64,000 nt of DNA, taken from assembly GCA_964016885.1 (NCBI GenBank), contig OZ024740.1, positions 357,058,001 to 357,122,000 of the forward strand, given 5' to 3'. Origin of the DNA: Eledone cirrhosa (taxonomy: Eukaryota). Positions 12,901 through 27,900 of this stretch are shown piece by piece. The position numbers and the translations under genes are program-made. How positions within the stretch are numbered: position 1 is the first letter of the stretch; the number at the start of each line of letters is the position of its first letter. Below the pieces are notes generated by a model. That model was not told the origin of the DNA, did not search any database, and saw nothing but the letters and a program-made list of their open reading frames with translations.

Positions 12901-15900
12901 TGATCAATAAAAATAAGTTTATATTTTTAGATTTAATATACATAATTACATTTTCTCAATAGTGTAATTACATTTTTCTGAATATTTAATCAATTTGTCT
13001 TAAATGCAGCCTTATTAGATTTCCCTTAATGCAACCTCTATACATATAAAAAGGTTTCATCACCTCCAATTTAGAATGCAAAATTATTCTATAAATATAT
13101 ATATTCATATCCAATGCTGGTTTTCTTTTATTTTAATTCTTTAATTTGACATTTCTGCTTTTGAACTTCAACTTTTCTTCTTCCTGTAATTTATTTGAAA
13201 TTATTTACTTGTTTGTTAAATTTTATTTTTGTCTAATGTAAATCTGATATATTTTTCTCATTAACTTATCTGCGGCAGAGATACAGGATATAAGGCAGTG
13301 TCCATAACCTTTTCAGCATGGTTGAGTGGTTTAGAAGTTTGTTTAGCAAACGGGAGGCTTCAGATTTGATCCTACTGTGAGGCATCTGAGCAAGTGTCTC
13401 TTAACATAGCTTCAGATCAACTAAATCCTTGTGAGTGAAATTGGATAGGCAGAAACTATGCAGAAGCCTTCCAATAGTTCAAAGATCCTGCCTTGTCATA
13501 TATTGTACTTTGTTAATTCTCTTAAAGAATTACACTCAGATGGTTGTACTGGTAACATGACAAAAAGCACCCAGTCCACCCTCAAATCCCACTGAGGTTC
13601 ATTTTACCTTTCATATTTTTGAAGTCAATAAATAAAGTACAAACATCTCTCCTTCAGCTTTCACATCCTGTATGTTCTGCTAGATCAATGAGGGGGAGGC
13701 TGTGAGGGTTTCTATGTCTATTCACAACTGCATGGGCACTTAAACCCATTAGTGAAAGCATTGTACATACTATCAAGTCATACTCAATTGTGGTTGACAG
13801 CTGTAGCATAGCTGTATTCTGAGTTCAAACTCTACCAAGTCCAATGCTTCCATTCATCTACTCTCTCGAGCAGTGGTTAAAAGTTCCAATTATGTTTTGG
13901 TGTCATTCCAGTCCCCTCTCCCCAAAGAAATTTGTAATCTTGTGCAAAAATAAGAAATGATTATCTTTTGTTTTATTGTACTCAACTAGGTTATGCTCTC
14001 CAATACCCATAGATATTGTCTACACCTGGGTAAATGGATCTGATCCAGAACTTATTTCAGAACTGCAACATGTCAAGATGATGCTTCAAACTCAGTTAAA
14101 TGAATCAAGGTAGATATTTCTTCCCCTTTCTTATGTTGCCAATCTTATGTAGTTATTCCTAATGTCTAAATAAACCCAGCTGTCCAACAATCTACCTATC
14201 CTTGCACAATGACTATTGCCAAATTGCCTTTTAGAATTTTTTCTTTACTTTTTTTTTTTATTTTGTAACTTATCAAAATGGAGGGGTATATATTAAAGTT
14301 TGTGATGATATGTGTTTATTATTGAAGAGATGACTGTGTTTCTGTTGTTATATTTTTATTAAGGACTAGTCATATTTGCACTTGCGAAAGGAACGAAGCA
14401 TGCATGCTCCGTTGGATGTTTAATATAATATACGTTAACGGCAAAGCATAAATGTGAGAAATTAGGAATAAGAGGAATCAGATGCTGTTTACTTGAGAGA
14501 AGACTACGTTGGTATGGCCACGTGATGCGCATGAAAGACGACAGCTGTATAAAAAAGTGCAGGGCAATCAAAATTGATGGTAGTTACGGAGTAGGTAGAT
14601 CCAGAAAAACCTGGGACGATCTGATAAATTCCAACCTTACACACTTGCACCTCTCTAAGACAATGTCACTGGACCGAGATCTTTGGCGAAACCTACAGTC
14701 AGTAGGTACCTCTTAACCAAATATACACCCCAATCCACTACCCCTACACTATCCTCCCACTCCCACCAACATCACCCTCTCTCTGTAACGTTGGTACCAC
14801 AACATCCAGTCGAGATGGAGATCGTGTAGGTGTCACAACAAAAAAGAAAAAAAGAAAGAAAAAAAACACAGTCCAAGCTGTAATGTGGTTGTGTAGGTAA
14901 CACAGTAAAAAGTTCCCAGTTCCACTCTGTAAATGTGGTTGGTGTTAGGAAGGGCATCCAGCCGTAGAAAACCTGCCAGATAGCCCTATATGAGCAAGAC
15001 ACGGTCATCTGACCTACCTTGCCTCAAGTGGGACAACTCCCGTCTAACCCATGCTAGCATGGAAGATGGACGTTAAATGAGGATGATGATGATCCAGGAG
15101 ATAAGATCAAGAAAGTAAAGAATCACCAATGGACCTGGAAGCTTTACTGCCCACTGTTCCAAACAGAAGATATGAGGGTCAGCTGAAAAGTTCATAGGCT
15201 GACCAAGATACTGTCATGTGATGTGACCAAATGAGATTTATTTTTCAAGATAGTCCCCTTTGCAGTCTACATACCTCTTCCATTGGTGTTGTACTGCTTG
15301 GATCCCATTGGTGAAGAAGCTTTCATCCTGTTGCTGAAAAAAGTCAACAGCAGATATGACATCTTCAGCACTGCAATACTGGTTCCCAGCCAAGTGTTTT
15401 TCATGTTGGAGAACAGTTGATAGTCAGATGGGACCAAATCAGAAGAATAGGGAAGGTAATCAACCAGTTCAAAGCCACAGTTACACACAGTAGCCATTGA
15501 AATCAAGAACTTGCGTGCTGGAGCAGTGTCCTGATAAAACAAGACTCGTTCGTCAGTTTCCCTAGGTGTTTGGTCTTGATAACCTTCTGTAACTTCCTCA
15601 GCAAGTTAGCATAGTACACTCTATTCATGGTGTGGCCCTTTTCAAAGATTGATTTGAATGTAGCACTAAAATTAGTTATCATCATCTTCGTTTAACGAAG
15701 TTTCTTTACTATGTATATATTATTATTTCTACTTTTGGCACAAGGCCAGCAATTATCCTAATGCATTACTGGTACTTTATTTTATCGACCCTGTCAGGAT
15801 GAAAAGCAAAGTTACCCTTCGCGGGATTTGAACTCAGATCATAAAGGGCCGTAACTATGTATATATAATATTCCTCCTTTCCAATGACTACACTTAGCAG

Positions 15901-18900
15901 CTAACACTAAACCATCACCGTTATCTGAGACTCACATGTTTCCTGTTATTATTGTTTATTTCAACTTTTTCTGAAACTTTGATTATAAGGAATCTGCTAC
16001 AAACAATGTCTTCTTTTCCTCTTCCTACTTCAAGGGTTGACTCGTGTATATTTAGTGACTGTGTACCAGCTGCGCTCATTGTCATTGATCCGATGCTTCC
16101 AACTTCACTACCTTTGGAACGTCTCCGTAGGAAGTATGCCTTGTTTAAAGAAGCCACTGATGTCGCCACTATGAACTTCACTGACAACAGTCGACTGGTG
16201 ACTGTTGTGTCATTTGATAATAAGGCTGCAGGTATTTATATTCTTTGATGTCATTTAGAAATTTTGTGCTGGCTAAGAAATTAGCTTTCTTTTTTATCTT
16301 TTTATTTCTCTTTCTTTACTATCTATTTTATTGTTCCATGGGTTGGACAGGTCTACTCTAGCTGTGCTGGTGCTGGAGTGGACCTGTCGAACCCATGGAA
16401 AAATGACAGAGTTCCTTTGTCATCAACTCTGAGAGGCTCAGCCTTTTGAGATAAACTTTAATCACCTCTGCCCAGGTTTTCCTTGGTGTTTCTCCCTTTT
16501 ATCCTCTACTACCATCTTCTGACATTTTTTCGCCCAATGTCCATCATTCACATACATCACATGTCGATACCAGCACAGTCTTCTCTCTTGCACACTACTA
16601 CCCTGATTCTTCTTATATCTAGTTTTTTTCTCAACTCATCTATGTCCTGCCATTCATGCACACTAACATTACACATCCAACTAATCTGAATGCTTGTATT
16701 GTTTAAACTATAGTGTATTTTAAGGTTAAAATTATATCTGTGCATGGTTTGATTTGACTGTTAATGACTTATACTGCATGTGACTGCATTAGCAAGACAT
16801 TCTTAAAAGTACAAAACCACACTATGACCACATCACATTAAAAACTAAAATCTTTACTTTAGTTTAATACAAATTTTGACAGTGTCTTGTCCACTAATAA
16901 ATATGCTCTAAACATTTTAATTAACAAACCTGTCGTTAGATATTTGCTGATAAATCATTACTGGATGCTAAGAGTTCATACATTTTCTTTTTTTATATAT
17001 TTCTAGTAACTAGAGCCTTAAATAACAAGAATTCCATTCTCTGGAAGAATAATTCTGTAAATAAGGTTTATTATGTGAGTATTCTTCTATCCTAAAATTC
17101 TTTTCTTGCAGGTGGCTAATGATACATAGCATGTGTATGTGTATACATCTATGTGTATGTACATTTACACTCTGACTATAACTTCCTAGAAGAGTTAATT
17201 TTGTTCAGAATTACCATAAGTGTATTTAGAAAACATATTGGAATTTTTACTTTTATGTCTGAATAATAGAGCAGTTAAATTCAAAGAAAAGGATGAGGGT
17301 GGGGATAAAAGTTAAGACATGTGGTAAATATATGACAGGTAAAAGTATTTAACTCCTGATGGAGTCGTTGGGGTCTCATCCCGACACACAGCATGTCTGG
17401 AGCATTTGAAACCAGGTAGAGCCCATCCTTCTTCAGGCCAGGAAGCTGCTGATTTCTTCCAGAGTAACAATGGAAGAATCGACCTGCATTGGTTCTCTAT
17501 TCATCCACTTCGAAAGGATTAAAGGCAAAGTTGACCTCAATGAGATTTGGACTAAGAGCACAGTGTATCAGAACAAATACTGAGGCATCTTTAATCCAAT
17601 GCCCAAATGACTCTGCCAATTCGCCACAATAAATATGTAGAAGTGCTAATGATTACTACATTTCAGTCTCACAGATATCTGTATCTTCTTGTCACAAGTA
17701 TGTTGCTACAATAAGTAGCTCACTTTCCAATCACAAGGTCGTGGGTTCTAATCCTACATTTCTTTCTGTAAATAGTTATTCCCTAAAATTTCACATACAT
17801 TTAATCCTGTATGTCATTTGTATGCATATGTTGAAATATCATTCATATGTTTAATTTCTTCCACATGTCAAAAACCAACATACGTTATATTTTTCTCTTA
17901 TACAAACATTTAATTTATCGAATGAAAATTTTCTAGTTTGAATCAGTAGCATATATCTGATAATCATGATATATATAGCATACCAATCCTGGACTCCAAA
18001 ACATAAATACATATAATGCTGTTTCTATCATTATTGATGGCACAGGTCCACTATATATGATTTGTAAATTATAGTTTATTGTATTGTTGTTTTTGTTTTA
18101 GACATCTGACTGGACATTACCACAGGGGATATTATTGAAGGATGTAATCATTATGTCAGGCATTCCTTTCAAACATGGTATGAAAAATGTGAAGAATTAT
18201 TTTCCAAGTGCATATCAAGATGTATTTTCAAAGGTGGGATTTTCTTTTATGTATTTTTGTTGTTATATTCTTCATATGTGTGTACATATATGTATATATA
18301 CATACATACACACATGCACAAATGTATATATATATATATACATATTACTAAATCCCTCCAAATTTTTTAGGTTGTCTTTTATTAGAAATATGAAAATGAA
18401 AGGGTTAAAAGTATATTGATGTTATTGCTAAATATTTCTCGAATCTTACCCTTTACAGATTGATCCCTTTGAAGATAAAGGTGTTGCTGTTTTACATGTT
18501 AAAACCAAAGCTGTATTTGAAGAAGTATTACAGGTATGATATCTCTTAAATCATTTGTGTTTCTTTTATAATTATATATTATAGATATGTTTGTACACTC
18601 AATCTCTTAGTAACCACTAAACAATTGCTCACAAATAAATCACAAACTTTACAATACATAATAGGAGTTCAACATGGTACTTGACCTTTTAACAGATACA
18701 AATATCTCAAAATTCTCCTGACTACTTACCTATACTTAATAATAGATTATGTTGTCATAAATTGCTGGTTATGCTGTGAAAATGAAAGAATAAGGTTGTG
18801 TGCAATGGAGCTAGAGAGTGGTGGTGGTGGTGATGGCAGCAGCAGACACTGAATTTTTTTTCGTTTTTTAATCTCATGTCTTGACGGAAAGGGGGTGATA

Positions 18901-21900
18901 AGAATATGTGTTTGCAAAAGGGAGAAAGAGAGAGGTGGTGTCAACATTTTTTAAGTCTACACTGTATAAAAATATTGTTTACCGTAAATTATAACTCAGT
19001 AAAATATTCTACTTTTGGAGTTTCACTCAATTGTTAAATTTATTTGATTCATATGTAATTAAGTATAGTGTGTTTGTATATATATATATATGTCATCATC
19101 ATTATCATTTTACGTCCGCTTTTCCCTGCTTGCAAGGGTGGGACGGGTCCTATTCAGCACAGTATCTCTCTACTTGTCACGGTCCTTCGTCATCTCCTCC
19201 GTGAGCTTCAGTGATCTGAGGTCTGCTCTCACCACCTCCGCGCATGTTTTTCATGGCCTTCTTCTACTGCGCCTTCCTTCTACTGGGATTTCTTGGCACT
19301 TCTTTACCCAGCAGTCATCCTCCATGTGCATCACATGTCCATACCATCGCAGTCTCCTCTCCCGCACACTACAACTTATCCCTCTAATACACAGTTTGTC
19401 TCTCAACTCATCTATGCTTGGTCGTTCACGCACATTGACATTGCACATCCAATGGAGCATACTTGCTTCATTTCTCTCCAGCCGTCACATATCCTCAGCA
19501 GTTGCTGCCCATGTCACACTACCATGCAGCATCGCACATCTCACACAGGCATCATATTACCGGTCTTTCGTACGCAGGGAGAAACTCTTCTTTGTCAACA
19601 AAGGAAGCAGCTCCCTAAACTTCTTCCAACCCATCCTTATTCTAGATACTATTGCCTCAGAGCACCCCCTCCCTTGCTAATCTGATCACCTAGGTACTGG
19701 AAGCTATCAACCCCTTCTATAGAACCTACCTGCATTTCAAAAATGTATCTATCTCTGCTACTTCTACTGTCAAATTTCCCTGTACATCTACTGCATATGT
19801 AGTTTTCCTTACCTGTTAGTTTGCCTGCTATCCCACTACACCTCTTGTGTACCCAAGATCTGCATTGTGTACATTCTATAGAATTTATGCCAACTCCTTT
19901 TCTACATATCAAACATGGCCATTTCCCTGGTGGAATCAGAGTTTTATCCTCCTTTCTACTTTTCAACACTTTTGTCTTAGCTAGGTTCATTCTCAGTCCT
20001 CTTGATTCCAACTGCTGTTTCCTTAGCCAGAATTTATATATATATAATAGTAATAAATACATAGAAAATGTATAAAATTATACATTTTCTATGTATTTTA
20101 TCTGAGGAGGACATGTTTTGCTTTATGTTATATATAAGACTTTACATCTTCGAAATATATATATTGAAATAGAGATGATATAAGTATATATCTTTCCTTT
20201 ATTACTACTATTATTATTATAATAATACGGGGTCGATAAAATAAAGTACCAGTAATACACTGGGATAATTGCTGGCCTTGTGCCAAAAGTAGAAACAATT
20301 ATTATTATAATAATACTCCGGATAAATTTATAATTTTACCATGGAGTACTTGGCATCTGTTATAAAGAAGAATGAGTTGATCACAAATCAACTAACTCTT
20401 TTTTCATTGATTAATATATATATATAAGTATGTATACGTACATACATATATGTATACAGACGTACAGCAGTATGTATATATATATATACATACATGCACA
20501 CATATATATATTACGTATGGATTCACCGAACATTTATTATAATGCTTGGTGTGTTTGTAAACAAACATCCTGTATTAAGCCGTAGTGTCTAGCAACCATC
20601 GTTGCTAGTTTGTTCAACACTGACAAAGGAATGATGTACTAGTTTCAAGCTTATTAGCTATCGTCAGCAATGTATACCTTCCTGCCAGATGATTGAACGT
20701 TTGAAAGTATATACTTTCCTTCTGCATATTAACGGCTGAGTAGCCCAATTTGCATATCAAGTGGGTTAATCGGCCGGGTGCACCGAAAACGATAAATGGA
20801 AAAAATGAAATGAAATTTCATTTCCCACTCTTAGTACGGCTGTTACTTAAATATAAGTATGTATACGTACATACATATATGTATACAGACGTACAGTAGT
20901 ATGTATATATATATACATACATGCACACATATATATATATGTATGTATGGATTCACCGAACATTTATTATAATGCTCGGTGTGTTTGTAAACAAACATCG
21001 CGTATTAAGCCGTAATAAGCTTGAAACTAGTACAGCGTTCCTTTGTCAGTGTTGAACAAACGAGCAACGATGGTTGCTAGACACTACGGCTTAATACGTT
21101 TACAAACACACCGAGCATTATAATAAATGTTCGGTGAATCCATGCGTACATATATATATGTGTGCATGTATGTATATATATATATACATGCTACTGTACG
21201 TCTGTATACATATATGTATGTACATATACATACTTATATTTAAGTAACAGCCGTACTAAGAGTGGGAAATGAAAAATCGTTTCATTCTTTCAAATATATA
21301 TATATATATATATAAATAATTTATAAATAAAACACTTAAAATGCCATATTGATCTTTAATACTTGGAGATATTTTCTAATTAAATCATAGAATTTCTACA
21401 GGGTCAGCTAGTAAATTATGACAATAATAGGGAGTTGCTCCTGATGAAATATGACCCATCTCTCATCCAGAGTGAATGAACATAGACAAATAAATTGACA
21501 TATTCATGTCTCATTAACACCACAATTCATTTTCTGACTGCATGGTACATCTTCCATGTATTGAAATGTTTTGCTGTATTTATTTCTTTTTTTTTTTCTC
21601 ATTTTTATGTGTTTCTTCAGCTCAACATGACTATCAGTGAGAAAATAATATCATTTGCTGCAGCCAGTATTGTTTGGGATTTGAATGATGTAAGTTTTTG
21701 ATTGGTTCTATTATATTTGAATAGCTGTTAAACTTGATTCAATATTTGTGAACTACTTTTCACGTTATCAACTTAATTAATAATTTCCAAGAAGTGAATT
21801 TAGTTTGGTTGTTGTTAAACAACAATAATTTTCACCAAACCATGCTTAGTTCATATAATATTGTGAAATACTGCTTTCTTATGCTATTATCAGTCAAGTT

Positions 21901-24900
21901 AAAATCTCACCAAAGTTAAACTTACTTTTCACTTTTATAGTATCACAGATGAATTCATTCAATGATTTTTATCTTTGAGTTCATGTAAAGAAATCATTAT
22001 TTGCATTAGGGCGGTGGATTGGTAGTATCGGTAGAGTGTCGGACACCATGCTTTGCAGCATAGAGTTATGGCCCTGAGTTCAAATCCTGCCAAGATTAGC
22101 TTTGCCTTTCATCCTTACAGGGTTGATAAAATAAAGCACCAGTAATGCACTGGGTTCGATATAATCAACTTTCCCCTCCCCCTATTTGTTGGCCTTGTAC
22201 CTATAGTAGAAATCATTATTTGCATTTAAATTACTCATAATTCAACTGTTTAGGATGTGATTTTAATCTCTTTTCATAAGATTGATGCGACTAATACTTA
22301 GCTTGCAGGAAAATTTACAGTCCAAATGCTTGAAACAGAAAACTCCACTAAAGCATTTAATGATCAAATGGTGATGTTAAAAGCAAGGCACTTTCACTAA
22401 AATAGTTATAAGCTAATCAATTTACTTGTATACACTGCTTTGTAATGATTAGCTATGCAGTATATAGTGTCACTAATCAATAAACATTTTAAGGCTACTT
22501 TCCCTGCTAGGGAGCCCCCATCATTAACCTCATATTGATCGTGACTTCCTTTTTTCAGTAATGTTTTACAGCCACATGTCCTTCCTGACACTAACTCCTT
22601 TTGTTGTCTCTTATAACATGCAGAGATATAGTGTATCTATTCTAAACCAGATACCCGGTGTAGCTGTTGGAAGATAATGCTTCTGCTCTTTTTTTTTTTT
22701 TTTTTTTTTTTTTCAAAATTGTTTGCAATATTGATAATTCCAAATATGATTAAAGGGCCACATTTTACTAAGTTGTTGTTTGATGAATATTCACTACTGA
22801 AGACTTACAGGTAGTCAATTAATTAGACAACTTGTGAGTAGAATAGTTTATAATACAGGTATTTTTGTGTGTTGTGTCTGCCTGAAATTGAGTGGAAATA
22901 TGGTGAGCTATATTTGATGATTCTAGATGGTGTTTCTATACAATCTATAAAATAATTTTACTATTAATGTAGCAGAATTTAATATATTTAGTTGACCCAT
23001 ATATTTATTATGGTACAGGGTTTTTTTCTTTTTACTAAAAAAATATATGAACAATAGACTGTGATATGCCTAGTGAACTTTGCTGTAAGCTTGAAAACAC
23101 ACACATACACACACATATATATGAATGAGTATATCAGGTCACTAGTTAATCTATATCGATTTCAGTATTGTAAACAAATATACATGAAAAGTGTAAAAAC
23201 AAAAATGACTGCTTAAACAGAATTCGTTTTTGCTATAAAATAAATATGCTTGTGAAAATATGTAGTCTTGTGAAATTGGAATTATTTCAGCATTTCTTTT
23301 CATTTAAAAGCAACCACAAACAATTTTGCAAATGATATTTACAAGAAGCAACATGCAACTTCTTTATGCACCAAAGGCTGAAGCCTAAATGTTATAAACA
23401 CAAAGGATATGTGAGTTATATAGGTATAGATATGGTATTTAAATTTTGTTTGTCCTAATATATTCATTGATAAATTATGTTAATGATAGGATTTTAGATT
23501 CATGGCATGGGAGCACTCATCATTTGCATCAAGGGCATATCAGTCTCTCTAGTATCAGTGATATGATAAAGCCTACCCAGTACACTCTGTCAAGTGGAAA
23601 GGCATCCAACCCACAGAAAACTTTCCAAAACAAAGGGTAGATAGGACTTTTCAATCCATTTTCTCTACTAACAAGTGTTAGAGAGGTCATCACACATCAA
23701 AACTACTGACCTCTCAGATAGACTGGAGAATATATCTCGCTTACATATATTCCTATACACTATCGAATGCACAAAGTTCATTTTATCATGACACTAGCAT
23801 TAGGAGGGTTGCCATTTCTTCTTTTAATGTACATAGCATGTTGTTTTCTAGATGGAATAAATAATATTCAGTCTCTGCATTAAATTTTTAAAGCATTAGT
23901 TCTTTTCTTTTCTTTTTTTTTTTCTTTTTTGTTTTACTTTTAATTATGTTTCATAAATTCTAAATGAAGATTTTAGAACATTTTGTTAGATTTAATGTTT
24001 GTGTGACAGACAGCCAAAAAATGGCTACAAGCATTATAATGTAGATTTAATAAATTAACTCTATTTTGCGCTACTTTTACTTTATAAAGCTGTCATTATC
24101 TGTTGTTGTTTTTTTCATTCCTTGAAGTATTCTCGCACTGAAGACTTTTCTCCAAGCCGATTTGAAGATAATGAGGTACATTTTTAATTAAAAAGCAACA
24201 AATTGGTCTTCTCTTTTGATTCTTTTTTTCTTTCCTTCTGTTTTATATAGAATTTTCTGAAGACTTAAATAAAAGGGATGATAATATAGAGAAGCTTTCA
24301 CTCAGTGTGTGTATCATTATCATCATCATCATCATCATTTAACATTTATTTTTCCATGCTGGCATGGGTTGGATGGATTGTCACAAACCGAATCAGTATT
24401 AGCTGAGGAACACATCTCACATAAGTTCTTGTTTTAGCATAGTTTCTACTGCTGGATGCCCTTTCTATCAACAACCATTGTACAATATGTATTGAGTGAA
24501 TTTTGCTGTGGCACCATGATAAGAAAGACAAACATGCAGACAAGTTTATCTTGCATGCCAGGACACTCAGAAGCTGAAAAATCAGAAACAAATATGACAA
24601 AGCATTTTATCCACTGTTCTATAAATGTTGCTTATCTACTACTCTAAACTGTTGATCAATTTGTAGAATTATTAGAGCATCCTAGGAATGCCTGGCAGTA
24701 TTTGTTTTAGCTTTTGTGTTCTGAGTTCAAATCCTGCTGACTTCAACTTTGATTTTTATTCTTATATATATACATACACATATATATATACACACATACA
24801 TATATATATATACACACACACACATATATATTTATATATATATATATATAGAGAGAGATTTTTATTCTTATATAGACCTGACCCCCCCCCCCCCCCCAGG

Positions 24901-27900
24901 TACAAGCCGAAGCTGAAGCATATAGACAATATGTCCACACACCCTCCCACTGCAAAGTGGTCGTGGAGGTGCCACGGCAAAAAAGCACCCAACCCACACT
25001 GTAAAGTGGACGTCTAGGTGCCACAGAAAAAAAGCACCCAGCACTCACTGTAAATGAGGTTGGTGTTAGGAAGGGCATGCATCTGTAGAAATCAAGCCAG
25101 AATCCTGTATGAGCAAGGCATGATCAGCCGACCGGGCACTGCCCACAACAGGACAACCTGTCTAACCCATGCTAGCGTGGAAGAACGTACGTAAAACAGT
25201 GATGATGATGATATAAACCCATACTAGCGTGGAAGATGGACGTTAAACAATGATGATGATATGACGTCAATAGCCATAATCTCATGAAGGAGATGACACA
25301 GGACTAAGCTGATTGGCGATATGCCATAATGTAAAAGACTTGTCCACCAGTACAAGCACAGTAACACTAAAAGTAAAGCTAGTCTGAGATCAAAGTCAAG
25401 TGTTTAGCTATCAAGATCTAATAGAAGCAGTATAGGATCTGAGAGGACTGTTCAGTCTGGCATAGCAATCTCTCTAATGCTGGTGCCACAATAAAATGCA
25501 CCCAGTTCACTCTGTAAAGTGGTAGTGCTGGAGTCATGAAAAATACACACCACAATTTCTGTAAAGTGATTGGAATTAGGAAGTGCATCCAACTGAAGTG
25601 TAATATGCAAGATTGGTCACTCACCCATCTGGTTTTGAACTGTAACAATTCATCCAACCCTTGCCAGCCTGGAAAGGAAATATAAAATGATGATATATCA
25701 TCATCATTTAACGTCTATTTTCCACGCTAGCATGGGTTAGACGGGTTTGTCCCATTGGAGACACGTTGGGCAGGGTGACCCTGTATTGCTCATATAGGAC
25801 GGTTTCTGGCTAGATTTCTACGGCTAGATGCCTTTCCCAATGCCAACCACATTTACAGTGTGGGCTGGGTGCTTTTTGTCGTGACACCTACACGACCACT
25901 TTACAGTGTTTTATATATATATCTTTATCATCACCATTTAACATCTATTTTCCATACTTGCATGGGTTGTCATGTTATATGGCTAGCCAGATCAAGTGAT
26001 TACATCTATATACTGATTTGTTGTTGGCTTGGTTTATATGGCTGGATTCTCTTCCTAATGCCAAGCACATTACAGCATGTACTAGGCGCTTTTTTTGTTG
26101 CACAACCACAACCACTTTACAAAATGGAGAAAGTGCATTTTTGTTGGACTACAAGCACTTTCACCATACAAGGTGAGCCGGGTGTATTTTGTCATGGCAC
26201 CAGATCTGAGATAGCAGGTGTTGAGCATATTCAGCTTTCCATACATGGATTAGGCAGGAGAGGTATGTGTGTGTGTATATATAAATATGTATGTATGTAT
26301 ATATATATATCTATATATATATATATACACACACACAAGAAGTAAGCATATGTTTTCATGGGAACTCAGTTTCTTGATAGTATCTGATTAATCATAGCCC
26401 ACGAAAACATGCTTACGTCATGTATTTTAAGTAAAAGTTCCTCTATGTTTACATACAAAGAGCTCATTTTTTTTTTCTCTTTTGTAATTACAATTCACAC
26501 CCACACGACAAAAAGCACCCAGCCCACACTAAAGTGGTCGTGTAGGCGACATTAAAAAAGCACCCAGTAAATGAGGTTGGTTTTAGGAAGGGCATCCAAC
26601 TAGAAATCAAGCCAAAATCAGTTCCATATGAGCAAGGCATGGTCACCTGACCTGGCATTGCCCACAACAGGACAACCCGTCTAACCCATGCTAGCGTGGA
26701 AGAATGGACATAAAACGGTGGTGATGATGATGATATATATGTAGATAAATCTACCAAAATAAACAGTATTATATTATATCATGTACTTCAATAGCAACTT
26801 GTAAGTAAAATTATTCTCTCTTTGATTTTCTCATGTTAAAGATGTATTTTACTTTTACAAGAACCAATGGACCATTATAAATCTATGTAGTCATTAGAAC
26901 TTAAAGTATCTACTTTCTACTTTTGTTTTTAATTGTCCCATCATCCTATGCAAACATTTAGTGTGTATACATATAGTCACATACATATGTAGTGTTTGTG
27001 CATGTGTAAACATTTATGTATACAGTGTATTTATTATAGGAACTACGATATTCATTGAGATCTATTGAAAAATATGCACCATGGGTTCGGAATATTTTCA
27101 TTGTTACTAATGGTCAGATACCATCCTGGTTAAACTTGGACAATCCACGACTACATATAGTTACTCATAAGGTTTGTATTGTTATAATTATTATATTTAC
27201 AATAGCATATTGATTAGTTTTTAACAGCTACTATTGTTATTTTACTGTTATTGTTCAGCAGAAGTTTGGATATGATTTGAGGAAGATGTTGCTATTTCTA
27301 GCAGATTTAGTGACTACATAGGAGTTCCATTGTTTGTTTGTAACAGCTGCATTTATGTGATTTGATATGACGTTGATATGACTGGCAAAATATTAGCCTA
27401 GGTATTTGACTTTTAAATGACCCAATACATCAAGCTATGAAAACATTCTATGTAATTATAATTCACAGCTGTGTGTAACAATGTAGTAGCAACAGCAATT
27501 ATATAACTAAAAAATTTATTTCAACCTGTAAAGTTGTAAAAGAAAAGTTTATGTGCAGTGAGAAGTGAGTTTTGATATTCTGGGAATGACTCTTCTCCAA
27601 AGAAACACCTTTCCTAAAACTTTAAAACTCTCTTCTCATTATCCTATTTTACAGATGTTTCTTTGTTGAGGCACACTATCACTAGTATTCTGGGATTTTC
27701 ATTTTTTCCTCATATTTGTTAAGTTTTAAATCTTCCCTTCTGTATGACAAACCCCGTCACTTCTGCCTGTTATGCTGAGGAATGGAAGATATTCCAATTC
27801 TCTGACTTGACCAACTGCTTTCTATTTATGCCAGTTACTGTTTAGATCTCAGGTCTCCTGAGCCCCTGAAATGCCGTTTTCCTAAAAAAAATATTGGGAA

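Noticed and set aside
13318-13470. tRNA-like sequences here and at ~42141 and ~58560
   Set aside because: A/B boxes run into SINE cores without a complete cloverleaf; SINE heads, not tRNA genes.
17102-17125. Strong acceptor-like ttttcttgcag as a candidate exon
   Set aside because: Nearby stop codons, and no GNPTAB sequence is missing between exons 5 and 6.
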